A DNA stretch of 64,000 nucleotides from Bacillales bacterium (GTDB lineage Bacteria; Bacillota; Bacilli; Bacillales; JAVBJX01): the NCBI GenBank assembly GCA_031546705.1, contig JAVBJX010000005.1:20992-84991 (forward strand), written 5' to 3'. The notes under the pieces are model-generated. The model was not told where the DNA came from, did no database searches, and saw nothing but the letters and a program-made list of their open reading frames with translations. Below are positions 25,883 through 35,419 of this stretch, in pieces. The position numbers and the translations under genes were made by a program. The stretch's first letter is position 1; every line of letters starts with the position of its first letter.

Positions 25883-27394
25883 ATGAATATTGGTAGAAAT
25901 TTAACGATCAATACAAAAAGATATCCAAACAGGTGGGCTTTGACGTGTGAAGGTCGGACGTATACGTATGCACAATTAAATGAAAAAGTAAACAGTCTAG
26001 CAAATGGGTTACTAAAACAAGGATTTAAAAAAGGTGACAAAATTGCACTCTACATGAAAAACTCCGATGATTTTGTTATTGTATTTTATGCGATTATGAA
26101 AGCTGGTTGCGTAGCAGTACCAATAAATTTCCGTCTTGTGGCAACAGAAGCACGCTATATATTGGAGCAGTCTGAAAGCGTTATCATTTTCTGTGATGGA
26201 GAATTTGAAAAAGTAGTAGAGAATGCTAGTCAGTCTGTTTCTACATTGAAAAAAATAGTTGTTGTGTCTAATGAAAGTGAATATACAACCCTTGCCGAAA
26301 TGTATGCTTCTAATACAAATGAGCCAGATATTATTGTTGAACCTACGGATGATGCAGAAATTTTATATACATCAGGGACAACTGGACGACCAAAAGGTGC
26401 ATTATTCGACCATCAACGTATCGTAACATTAAATGCTATGCTAGCGATGGCTCTTGGATTTAGAGCGGAAGATCGTTTCTTACACATTGCTCCACTTTTT
26501 CATTGTGCCGCTTTAAATGTATTTCTGAATCCATTTATATGTGTTGGTGCAGGTCAAGTTATTCATCGTGATTTCAATCCTATTGCTGTACTCGAAACAA
26601 TTCAAGAATACAAGGTTACGAAATTTTTTGGTGTGCCTGCCATGTACAATGCTCTATTGCAAGTTCCAAATACAGCAGCTTATGATTTATCTTCTATTAC
26701 AAGTTGTATGTACGGAGCAGCTCCAATGGCTCCAGAGTTAATAAAAAAATGTATACAGTTACTTAAAACAGATCAGTTTTATAATATATGTGGTTTAACA
26801 GAGTCTGGTCCGACTGGAATAATTTTAAATCCAGAAGAACATAAGACAAAACTTGGTGCAGGTGGAAAGCCAATTCTTTATACCGAAGCCCGAGTAGTAA
26901 ATGATTTGATGGAAGATGTTCATCCGGGAGAAATTGGCGAATTTATTTTGCGTAGTCCATCCATTATGAAAGAGTATTATAGAAAGCCAGAGGAAACAGC
27001 AAAAACGTTTGTTGGTGATTGGCTCTTGACTGGTGATTTAGCAACGATTGATGAAGATGGATATATGACAATTGTTGACCGAAAGAAAGATATGATTATT
27101 TCAGGCGGTGAAAATGTCTATTCTGTTGAAGTAGAACAGGTGATGTATTATCATCCAAATGTCTTAGAAGTAGCAACGATTGGTGTGCCTGATGAGAAAT
27201 GGGGAGAAACAGTGGCTGTAGTTATTGTGACAAAAGATAAACAGCCAATTCCAATGGAAGAATTGCAAAGTTTTTGTAGAGAACATTTAGCAGGTTACAA
27301 AATTCCTAGAAAAGCATTTTTTGTCGATCAATTACCACGCAATGCTTCTGGAAAAATATTAAAATATAATTTACGGGATCAATTTACAAACTAA
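25883..27394 (+). CDS. AMP-dependent acyl-CoA synthetase/ligase
   Basis: ATG at 25883 after AGGAGGAG. Motifs ILYTSGTTGRPKG, YG..E, TGDLA..DEDGY..I.DRKKD.I.SGGENV and P..ASGKI.K. Confidence 0.85.
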   Translation: MNIGRNLTINTKRYPNRWALTCEGRTYTYAQLNEKVNSLANGLLKQGFKKGDKIALYMKNSDDFVIVFYAIMKAGCVAVPINFRLVATEARYILEQSESVIIFCDGEFEKVVENASQSVSTLKKIVVVSNESEYTTLAEMYASNTNEPDIIVEPTDDAEILYTSGTTGRPKGALFDHQRIVTLNAMLAMALGFRAEDRFLHIAPLFHCAALNVFLNPFICVGAGQVIHRDFNPIAVLETIQEYKVTKFFGVPAMYNALLQVPNTAAYDLSSITSCMYGAAPMAPELIKKCIQLLKTDQFYNICGLTESGPTGIILNPEEHKTKLGAGGKPILYTEARVVNDLMEDVHPGEIGEFILRSPSIMKEYYRKPEETAKTFVGDWLLTGDLATIDEDGYMTIVDRKKDMIISGGENVYSVEVEQVMYYHPNVLEVATIGVPDEKWGETVAVVIVTKDKQPIPMEELQSFCREHLAGYKIPRKAFFVDQLPRNASGKILKYNLRDQFTN

Positions 27395-27415
27395 AATATA
27401 GTTAGGGGAAATTGT

Positions 27416-28558
27416 ATGTACTCATTTGAAACAGAAGAACACCAACTATTCCGCAAAACATTCCACAGATTTTTAGAAAAAGAAGCAGTTCCATACTATG
27501 AACAATGGGAGAAAGATCACCTCATTCCACGGACATTTTGGGAAAAGTTGGGAGAGAATGGCTACCTTTGCCCAACAATTGACGAAAAATATGGTGGGGT
27601 GGAAGTTGATTGGGGCTTTGCGGCAATTATTCTTGATGAATTAGAGAGAGTTGGAGCAAGTATGATTGGCATTAGCTTGCATAATGAAATCGTTGTTCCA
27701 TATCTTACAAGTTATTGTACAGAAGAACAAAAGACACGTTGGCTACCAAAATGTGTGACTGGTGAAACAATTACGGCGATTGCTATGACTGAACCAGGAG
27801 CAGGTTCTGACCTTGCCAATATTCAAACGACCGCCATTCGTAATGGTGACCACTATATTGTGAATGGACAAAAAACATTTATTACAAATGGTATTCACGC
27901 CGATTTGGTTGTTGTTGCTTGTAAAACAGATCCATTTGCCACTCCAAAACATAAAGGAGTTAGTTTACTTGTTATTGAAAGAGGAATGGAAGGTTTTTCA
28001 AGAGGGCGAAAGCTAGAAAAAGTTGGGCTTCATGCCCAAGATACAGCTGAACTTTATTTTGAAGATTGCCGAGTACCAATAACCAATTTAATTGGTGAAG
28101 AAGGGCAAGGCTTTAAATATTTAATGGAAAAATTACAACAAGAACGCCTTGCTGTAGCAATTTCTGGACAAGCAGCTTCCGAGGAAATATTAGCAATGAC
28201 ATTGGATTATGTGAAAACAAGAGAAGCATTTGGGAAATCTATTTCCAAACTCCAAACAATCCAATTCAAAATTGCTGAAATGGCAACGCAAGTAGAAATC
28301 GGCAAAACATTTTTAGATTCATTAATTGTTGACCACATAGCTGGAAAAGATATTGTGACAAAAGTATCAATGGCAAAATGGTGGTTAACGGATATGGCAA
28401 GAACAATGGCAAGTGATAGTATGCAACTGCATGGTGGTTATGGTTATATGGAAGATTACAAGATTGCAAAGCGTTACCGTGATGTACCAGTTGCCGCTAT
28501 TTATGCAGGTACAAATGAAATTATGAAAGTGATTATTGCCAAAAATCTTGGACTATAG
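27416..28558 (+). CDS. Acyl-CoA dehydrogenase
   Basis: AMTEPGAGSD, ..NG.K.FITNG.. and C-terminal QLHGGYGYM..Y...R.YRD... I..GTNEI motifs. Confidence 0.85.
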   Translation: MYSFETEEHQLFRKTFHRFLEKEAVPYYEQWEKDHLIPRTFWEKLGENGYLCPTIDEKYGGVEVDWGFAAIILDELERVGASMIGISLHNEIVVPYLTSYCTEEQKTRWLPKCVTGETITAIAMTEPGAGSDLANIQTTAIRNGDHYIVNGQKTFITNGIHADLVVVACKTDPFATPKHKGVSLLVIERGMEGFSRGRKLEKVGLHAQDTAELYFEDCRVPITNLIGEEGQGFKYLMEKLQQERLAVAISGQAASEEILAMTLDYVKTREAFGKSISKLQTIQFKIAEMATQVEIGKTFLDSLIVDHIAGKDIVTKVSMAKWWLTDMARTMASDSMQLHGGYGYMEDYKIAKRYRDVPVAAIYAGTNEIMKVIIAKNLGL

Positions 28559-28567
28559 GAGGATACA

Positions 28568-28981
28568 ATGGAGTTTGAATTTCAAGTCGAGCAAGGAAAA
28601 ATTAAAGAACTGGCACTAGCTATCGGTGATAACAATCCGATTTATTATAGTATGGAAGCAGCAAAGGAAAAAGGTTTTCGTACCATCCCAGCACCACCGA
28701 CATTTCCAACTGTCATGGATATGTGGGGTGGAATGGACTTTGAACATCTTGTGAAAATGCTTGAAGTAAATCCTTTACACGTATTACACGGAGAACAAGA
28801 GTATGAGTATCACCAAATGATTTATGCAGGAGACTTCATTAAAGCAACAGTAAAAGTTATCAGCAGAAAAGCACGCATGGGCATGACTTTTATTATTATT
28901 GAAACAACGTATACAAGAGATGGCGAATGTGTCGTTATCGGACGTTCAACAGTAATTGAGCGAGGGGGAGATGCGAAATGA
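28568..28981 (+). CDS. MaoC-N/FAS1-like hotdog subunit of a two-component enoyl-CoA hydratase
   Basis: 137 aa with I.E.A.AIGD.NPIYY and PPTF motifs. Overlaps the next hotdog gene by 4 nt (ATGA). Confidence 0.7.
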   Translation: MEFEFQVEQGKIKELALAIGDNNPIYYSMEAAKEKGFRTIPAPPTFPTVMDMWGGMDFEHLVKMLEVNPLHVLHGEQEYEYHQMIYAGDFIKATVKVISRKARMGMTFIIIETTYTRDGECVVIGRSTVIERGGDAK

Positions 28982-29349
28982 GAGAATTACAACCAATCAT
29001 AAAAGAACAAATTACGCATACACAACTTGTTCGTTATGCTGGAGCATCTGGCGACTTTAATCCGATTCATACCGTTGTTCCAATTGCTGAAAAAGCAGGA
29101 CTATCTGGTGCGATTGCTCATGGAATGTTAGTAATGGGCATGGTTGGGCAAGCACTAACAACATGGTTTTCACCAGAACAATTAAGAAGTTTTCAAGTTC
29201 GCTTTGCAAAAATGACATTTCCTGGTGAACAATTGACAATTAATGGTAAAATAAATAAAGAGCAAGATGGACTACAAACAGGTGAATTATTTGTTGTGAA
29301 TGAAACAGGAGAAGTAAAATTAAAAGGCAAATTTACAGTTATTATTTAA
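28978..29349 (+). CDS. MaoC-like (R)-specific enoyl-CoA hydratase hotdog subunit
   Basis: YAGASGDFNPIHT....A...GL.G.IAHGM motif. Confidence 0.75.
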   Translation: MRELQPIIKEQITHTQLVRYAGASGDFNPIHTVVPIAEKAGLSGAIAHGMLVMGMVGQALTTWFSPEQLRSFQVRFAKMTFPGEQLTINGKINKEQDGLQTGELFVVNETGEVKLKGKFTVII

Positions 29350-29361
29350 GGAGGAAACAAC

Positions 29362-30168
29362 ATGTTAAAAGGACAATCAGCTATTGTCACAGGATCAGGA
29401 CGTGGCGTTGGACGGGCAGTTGCTTTAATGCTTGCTGAACATGGAGCAAAAGTAGTCATTTCTGATCGAGATTCCGCTCCAGCAGAAGAAGTTGTCGCAG
29501 AAATTAAAGCAAATGGCGGCGAAGCAATTGTTTTTGTAGGCGATGTCACAGCAAGCGATTTTGCAGAAGAAATTATGAAAAAAACAGCAGAAACATTTGG
29601 TGGCGTAAATATTTTAGTCAATAATGCTGGCTATACTTGGGATTCTCTTGTTCATAAAATGACCGATGAACAGTTCCAAGCAATGTTAGATATTCATTTA
29701 ATTGCACCATTTCGTTTGATTCGTGCGGCAACACCATATATGGTTGGTATGGCAAAACAAGAAATTGCAAACGGAATCATAACACATCGAAAAATTGTTA
29801 ATGTTTCCTCCGTTGCAGGTGTGATGGGGAATGTTGGACAAGCAAACTATTCATCGGCAAAAGCGGGTGTGATTGGTTTAACAAAAACAATGGCTCGGGA
29901 ATGGGGAGCATTTAATATTAACTGTAATGCCGTAGCATTTGGTTTAATTGATACCCGTTTAACGAGATCAAAAGAGCATGGTGAATCTATTGGCGAAGTT
30001 GCTTTAGGCATTCCAGAGAAAATTCGTACGATGTTTGAACAGATGACTCCACAAAAAAGGGCAGGGCTACCAGAAGAAGCAGCGGCAGGAATTTTCTACT
30101 TAGCTTCCCCACTTTCTAATTATGTAAATGGACAAGTATTGAATATTAATGGTGGGTTCTATACATAA
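29362..30168 (+). CDS. SDR-family oxidoreductase (FabG/3-hydroxyacyl-CoA dehydrogenase-like)
   Basis: TGSGRGVGRA cofactor motif, NNAG, S..YSSAKAG catalytic triad context. Confidence 0.85.
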   Translation: MLKGQSAIVTGSGRGVGRAVALMLAEHGAKVVISDRDSAPAEEVVAEIKANGGEAIVFVGDVTASDFAEEIMKKTAETFGGVNILVNNAGYTWDSLVHKMTDEQFQAMLDIHLIAPFRLIRAATPYMVGMAKQEIANGIITHRKIVNVSSVAGVMGNVGQANYSSAKAGVIGLTKTMAREWGAFNINCNAVAFGLIDTRLTRSKEHGESIGEVALGIPEKIRTMFEQMTPQKRAGLPEEAAAGIFYLASPLSNYVNGQVLNINGGFYT

Positions 30169-30364
30169 AATCTACAGAATGAGATAACATTTTTGCATGC
30201 TACAATAGGGAAGTAACTGCGTGTTAACAACAAAAAAAGGAGGATGAGACAATCATTTTTTGACTGTCCACCCTCCATTTGTGTTAGCTATTAAATTTTT
30301 GTTGTACTTTTCCAAATAAAGATTATAATAAGTATAAAATTAAAAAATATAAGAGGTATTTAAA

Positions 30365-30724
30365 ATGGACAATAATGCATTTTATACGATTCATAGAGTA
30401 TATCATTCAGATGACCAAACAGAAATGTTATTGAAAGTATCACAATCAGGTGGAGAGATAAAGGAGATACTTATCAAAGAAAATCCAGACATAATTGTCA
30501 AAAAAATGTCTGAAATTTCATCAGGTAGTCCACCTATTTTATTGGATTATCAAATTCGAGTGAGAGTGTTACAAAATATGGTTTTTGCAGTGGATGAAGA
30601 AAAACATTATACATTTAAAGCAGATCATATTCTTGAGATGCTAGTACGTGCCGTAAGTCTTCAATCAATAAGAAGAGAAAGCATTTCAACCATAGTAAGA
30701 GGATCTAGTGTCCCGATAAATTAA
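30365..30724 (+). CDS. Hypothetical protein
   Basis: 119-aa ORF with a moderate SD. No family recognised. Confidence 0.45.
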   Translation: MDNNAFYTIHRVYHSDDQTEMLLKVSQSGGEIKEILIKENPDIIVKKMSEISSGSPPILLDYQIRVRVLQNMVFAVDEEKHYTFKADHILEMLVRAVSLQSIRRESISTIVRGSSVPIN

Positions 30725-30766
30725 TGTAGATTGTTTATTATTTAAGTTAGTTCAAGTGATAGAAAA

Positions 30767-31759
30767 CTAACTAGGATAATAGTTTCTTATATTTGGAAAG
30801 TGAACGACAACCTTCGTATACTTTCCCTCTTCTGATGCAATCGACAGGGTGATCCCTAATTTCAGAGCTAATTGTTTTGCTAAATATAAGCCCATCCCCG
30901 TTGATTTAGCATGGCTTCTACCAGTAGAGCCTGTAAAACCCTTTTCAAATACTCTATTAATATCTTCTGTTTTAATGCCAATGCCTGTATCTTGAATGAG
31001 CAGGCGTTTTTCTTTTATATCTTCTTCTATTACAATAATAATTTCTCCATTTTCATCGGTGTATTTTAAAGAGTTGGTAATAATTTGATCAATAATAAAG
31101 GACATCCATTTAAAGTCACTATGAACGAAAGTATCAGAGTTGTCCATTTTAATACGGATCCGTTTTGTGATGAACATTTTCGCATATTTTTTTATACTAT
31201 GTTTTACTACTTTCTCTAATGAGAGTTCATCAATAAAATAATCTTTGGCAAATGAATCAATGCGAGAATAGTACAATGCTTGTTCAACATAATGGTCTAT
31301 CTTATCTAGCTCATCTTCAAATTTATCCACGATATAATCTATCGTTTTTGAATTACTATTTTCTATCAACAAACGACTTGCCGAAATAGGCAGTTTAATT
31401 TCATGAATCCATGACATAATAAAATCTTGATGCTCACTTTTTTCATCATAAAATATTTGTAGTTGTTCTAAGTGTTCATCGTGCAATTTTTTAAGAAGGG
31501 TATAATAAATTGTTTGTTCATTTGTTTGTGGATTTGGTAGCACAGAAAAATCAACAGTTTCGCAGAGTTTTTTATAGAAATTATTCCGCTGATAATAACC
31601 AATGATGAGATAGGTAACAATGAAACAAAAGCATCCAAAATTTGTATACAAAATATTATGTTGGGAACCAAAAAACATAACAAGTGAAACGAAACTCATG
31701 ATTATTGCGTACAGACAAAGGAAAAAACGCTTATCAAATAGATACTGTGTAAAACTCAT
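30767..31759 (-). CDS. BceS-type intramembrane-sensing histidine kinase
   Basis: Two N-terminal TM helices with almost no extracellular loop. H-box SWIHEIKLPIS. HATPase motifs NSLKYT, QDTGIGI, GMGLYL. Overlaps the regulator gene. Confidence 0.8.
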   Translation of the reverse strand: MSFTQYLFDKRFFLCLYAIIMSFVSLVMFFGSQHNILYTNFGCFCFIVTYLIIGYYQRNNFYKKLCETVDFSVLPNPQTNEQTIYYTLLKKLHDEHLEQLQIFYDEKSEHQDFIMSWIHEIKLPISASRLLIENSNSKTIDYIVDKFEDELDKIDHYVEQALYYSRIDSFAKDYFIDELSLEKVVKHSIKKYAKMFITKRIRIKMDNSDTFVHSDFKWMSFIIDQIITNSLKYTDENGEIIIVIEEDIKEKRLLIQDTGIGIKTEDINRVFEKGFTGSTGRSHAKSTGMGLYLAKQLALKLGITLSIASEEGKYTKVVVHFPNIRNYYPS

Positions 31760-32427
31760 GAAATGATATACCCTTGCCCTTTCTTTGTTGTAATGAATTG
31801 TTCTTTTCCGAGTTCATCTAGTTTTTTTCTAAGGCGTGTAATATTCACAGTCAATGTATTATCATCGACAAAACTTTCATCTTCCCAAAGGCTTCTCATA
31901 ATCTTTTCTCGACGAATAATAGTTCCTTGATTTTTGAGTAAAATATGTAGGATCGTAAACTCATTTTTGGTTAAATCGAGTTTTTTATCACCACAAAAAA
32001 CTTCCCAACCATTCAGATTTAGAACAATACCATTGTGTTCAATCACGCTAGAAGATGTATTTAAATAAGCATATGCTCTTCTAAGTAAGGCATGGATTTT
32101 TGCTAGTAAAACATCTGTGTGAAATGGCTTCTGAACAAAATCATCGCCTCCCATATTCATTGCCATAATCATATCCATTGGTGAATTTCTGGAGGAAAGA
32201 AAGATAATTGGTACTTTAGAAATCTCTCTAATTTTATTGCACCAGTGAAAGCCGTCAAACATTGGTAAGTTAATATCTAGTAGGAGAAGATGAGGATTTT
32301 CTTTGATAAAAATCGGTACTATTTGTTCGAATTCTGTTAAAGATACAACTTCAAATCCCCATTTTGTAAGCGTTTCGGCAACCATCTCCCGAATAGTGAC
32401 TTCATCTTCTATTATCATGATTTTCAT
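31756..32427 (-). CDS. OmpR-family response regulator (BceR-like)
   Basis: ATG at 32427 (GGAGGTG 6 nt upstream) is preferred over 32442. Receiver (MIIEDE..LLLDINLP) plus a winged-helix output domain (LT.NEF.IL..L......I..R..IM..LW). Confidence 0.85.
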   Translation of the reverse strand: MKIMIIEDEVTIREMVAETLTKWGFEVVSLTEFEQIVPIFIKENPHLLLLDINLPMFDGFHWCNKIREISKVPIIFLSSRNSPMDMIMAMNMGGDDFVQKPFHTDVLLAKIHALLRRAYAYLNTSSSVIEHNGIVLNLNGWEVFCGDKKLDLTKNEFTILHILLKNQGTIIRREKIMRSLWEDESFVDDNTLTVNITRLRKKLDELGKEQFITTKKGQGYIIS

Positions 32428-32498
32428 TTTTAACACCTCCATATCAATATATTTCTTCTACCGTATTAAATCAACTATTTCTCTTTTCAAAATGAATG

Positions 32499-32512
32499 TG
32501 ACAAAACTGTAA
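32499..32512 (+). promoter_or_regulatory. BceR-type binding site
   Basis: TGACAAAACTGTAA fits the TNACA-N4-TGTAA inverted repeat described for BceR-like regulators. It lies ~80 nt upstream of the ABC ATPase gene. Confidence 0.55.
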
Positions 32513-32592
32513 GGTAAGCAAACAGATTGTAAGATTGTTCGATGGATTGCCCTATTGATTCATTATAAAATAAATACAAGGAGGTATTAAAA

Positions 32593-33360
32593 ATGAAAAA
32601 AATTATAGAAGCAAAACAAATAAAAAAAGTGTATGGAGCAAAAGGGCAATTATTTACAGCATTAGATGGTGTTGATTTGAGTGTAATGGAAGGAGAGTTT
32701 GTTGGGATTATGGGGCCTTCTGGCTCAGGGAAAACAACACTTCTGAATGTACTAGCAACAATTGATCAGCCAACATCTGGTGAAATTATGATTGACGGAA
32801 CAAATATTCTAACAATGAAGGAAATGGAGTTATCTATGTTTCGGCGAGATAAATTAGGATTTATGTTTCAAGATTATAATTTGTTAGATACATTAACAGT
32901 GAAAGAAAATATTATTTTGCCACTAGCACTTGCAAAGATAAACATGAGTGAGATAGAAAAAAGAGTAGAAGAAATCGTAGATAAATTTGGTATTCAAGAG
33001 ATTTTGGAGAAATACCCGTATCAAGTTTCTGGGGGACAAAAGCAACGGACAGCCGCTTCACGTGCAATTATTTCACGCCCAAGTTTGATTTTAGCAGACG
33101 AACCAACAGGAGCATTAGATTCTAAATCGGCAACAGATTTATTAGAGAGTCTTAAAAATTTAAGTCAACAAGATAAAGCGACCATTTTAATGGTCACTCA
33201 TGACGCAGTAGCAGCGAGCTATTGTCAACGAGTTTTATTTATTAAAGACGGAATTATTTTTACAGAGCTTGTAAAAGGTGGAATGATTCGCAAAGAGTTT
33301 TTCGGAAAAATATTAGATGTTTTATCTGTCTTAGGTGGTGGGATTCATGACGTTATTTAG
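32593..33360 (+). CDS. BceA-type ABC ATPase
   Basis: Walker [10 protein letters not shown], signature VSGGQKQR, Walker B LILADEPTGALD. Confidence 0.9.
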   Translation: MKKIIEAKQIKKVYGAKGQLFTALDGVDLSVMEGEFVGIMGPSGSGKTTLLNVLATIDQPTSGEIMIDGTNILTMKEMELSMFRRDKLGFMFQDYNLLDTLTVKENIILPLALAKINMSEIEKRVEEIVDKFGIQEILEKYPYQVSGGQKQRTAASRAIISRPSLILADEPTGALDSKSATDLLESLKNLSQQDKATILMVTHDAVAASYCQRVLFIKDGIIFTELVKGGMIRKEFFGKILDVLSVLGGGIHDVI

Positions 33361-35278
33361 TGTTGCTTGGAAAAATATGAAAGGGGATATGCGAAGTTAT
33401 CTCCTATATTTCTTATCCATGTTATTTAGCGTGGTTGTGTATTATACATTTGTTTCATTAAAATATAGTACAGAAATTCAAAAAGGGCTGGAATCATCCG
33501 ACATCATGTCCTCGCTTTTTAACGGTGCATCTATTATCTTGATTGTATTTGTTTGTATTTTTATTTTGTATTCTAATTCTTTTTTTACAAAAAAACGAAA
33601 GAAAGAAGTTGGATTATATTCTTTACTTGGAGTGAAAAAAAGAACGATTGGTTTGATGCTTTTTTATGAAAGTATGGTGATTAGTTCCCTTGTTATTGTG
33701 GCAGGAATTTTTGTTGGAACATTATTATCCAAATTATTTTCGATGATGTTGTTGAAACTATTAGATATTAATATAGAAATTGGTATGAATTTTTCGTGGG
33801 CGGCTATTGTAAATACAGTTACAGTCTTTGCAATTATTACTTTATTTACATCTATTCAAGCGTATCGTTTGATTTACAGATTTCGTCTAATTGAATTATT
33901 TCAAGCAGAAAAGGAACGAGAAGAAGTCCCAACAGTTTCTACTATTTCCTCAGTAATAGCAGTTGTTTTAATTGGAATTGGTTATTGGCAACTATTGACC
34001 CCAATTGAATCAAATGCCCAATTTGGAAGAATTATGCTTATTGGTATACTATGTATGTTGATTGGTACATACTTGCTATTTCGTTCTCTACTTGTGTATA
34101 TGTTAAAAGCATTTCAAAAAAATAAATCTCGTTATTATCAAGGAACTCGCTTTATTAGTATTTCCCAACTTCTTTTTCGTGTTCGAGCAAATACAAAAGC
34201 ATTTACAATTATTGCTTTGTTAAATGGTATAGTCCTGTCCCTTTTTGGTGTGGTATATAGTCAGTATTATATATCTGAAAAAATGACAAAAGCGTTTGCT
34301 CCATTTAGTTATCAACATGTAGCTATGGACGAAGCATTTAATAAAAAGATAGCATCCATTATAGAGGAAGATAAAGAACACAAAGTTACAGGGAAGATAG
34401 ATATACCAGTCATTAAAGTATCTGGAACAGCAAGTGAAACGGTTTTAATACCACGCTACTTTGAAATTTCAAAAACACCAATTAAAGTTGTTTCAACAAG
34501 CACGTTTAATCAAGTATCATCTGCATTGCATCGAGAAACAACCGTTCACGTTGCTGACAATGAAGCAGTAGCAATTTTACCAGCAGCAACAAAATATACA
34601 CTTGCTCAGTATCAGGAACAACCACTTACATTGAAGTTACCGAAAGAAACCAAAACATTACACTTCAAAAGTCTAGTAGAAGATCGTGTTGCTAATTGGA
34701 GCTTTCCTGATTTCTATGTCATTGTGAGTGATAAATTATTTGCAGATATGTCTAAACAACTTCCAGTGATGACCTTACAATCATATGAAGTGGAAGAGGA
34801 AAAGACAGCAAAAATAACAGGAAATAATTTGAAAGAATTAGCAACAGAAGATAACCAACTAAGTAGCTTTTATGTAAAATATCGTGGGAATCTAGAATCT
34901 TCAGCTATTATATTGTTTGTTGCAGGTTTTGTTGGTTCTGTTTTTCTTATGGCAACAGGCAGTATTATTTATTTCAAACAATTAACAGAAGCCCATGCAG
35001 ACAAAAATCGCTACGAAATTTTAGCAAAGCTTGGGGTGGGGAAGAAAGAAATACGCATAGCTATTGCTAAACAAAATTTATTTACGTTTGCCTTACCACT
35101 TGGAGTTGGTGGCTTACACAGTGCCGTGCTATTAAAAATGGCATCAGGAATGTATTCGGATTTAATTGGTGTGAATCTTCTTATACCAATCATGATTTCC
35201 GTTAGTGCGTATTTTATTATTTATTGTGGATACTATGTGCTAACGACAACGAATTTTATTAAGATTGTGGAGAGCTGA
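33347..35278 (+). CDS. BceB-type FtsX-domain permease (10 TM with a large extracellular domain)
   Basis: About 640 aa with two FtsX-like 4-TM blocks flanking a ~200-aa soluble domain. ATG at 33347 follows AGGTGGTGGG. Confidence 0.85.
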   Translation: MTLFSVAWKNMKGDMRSYLLYFLSMLFSVVVYYTFVSLKYSTEIQKGLESSDIMSSLFNGASIILIVFVCIFILYSNSFFTKKRKKEVGLYSLLGVKKRTIGLMLFYESMVISSLVIVAGIFVGTLLSKLFSMMLLKLLDINIEIGMNFSWAAIVNTVTVFAIITLFTSIQAYRLIYRFRLIELFQAEKEREEVPTVSTISSVIAVVLIGIGYWQLLTPIESNAQFGRIMLIGILCMLIGTYLLFRSLLVYMLKAFQKNKSRYYQGTRFISISQLLFRVRANTKAFTIIALLNGIVLSLFGVVYSQYYISEKMTKAFAPFSYQHVAMDEAFNKKIASIIEEDKEHKVTGKIDIPVIKVSGTASETVLIPRYFEISKTPIKVVSTSTFNQVSSALHRETTVHVADNEAVAILPAATKYTLAQYQEQPLTLKLPKETKTLHFKSLVEDRVANWSFPDFYVIVSDKLFADMSKQLPVMTLQSYEVEEEKTAKITGNNLKELATEDNQLSSFYVKYRGNLESSAIILFVAGFVGSVFLMATGSIIYFKQLTEAHADKNRYEILAKLGVGKKEIRIAIAKQNLFTFALPLGVGGLHSAVLLKMASGMYSDLIGVNLLIPIMISVSAYFIIYCGYYVLTTTNFIKIVES

Positions 35279-35360
35279 AAAAATGAGAGTGGGACGAAAG
35301 GAGGCAAAACATCTCCAATCGTCCCAAACTAATGAAATGCATAATCCTGCAAAATTAATT
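35279..35360 (+). repeat. Copy A of the dispersed hairpin-plus-box intergenic repeat
   Basis: AAAAATGAGAGTGGGACGA..TCGTCCCA hairpin, then ..ATAATCCTGCAAAATTAATT. Shares 16 identical nt and the box with copy C (50650-50740). Confidence 0.6.
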
Positions 35361-35419
35361 ATAAATCTTTCAAGATAGCTTCCCATATAGTATAATATAG
35401 AAGATAATCAATCAGGTAG

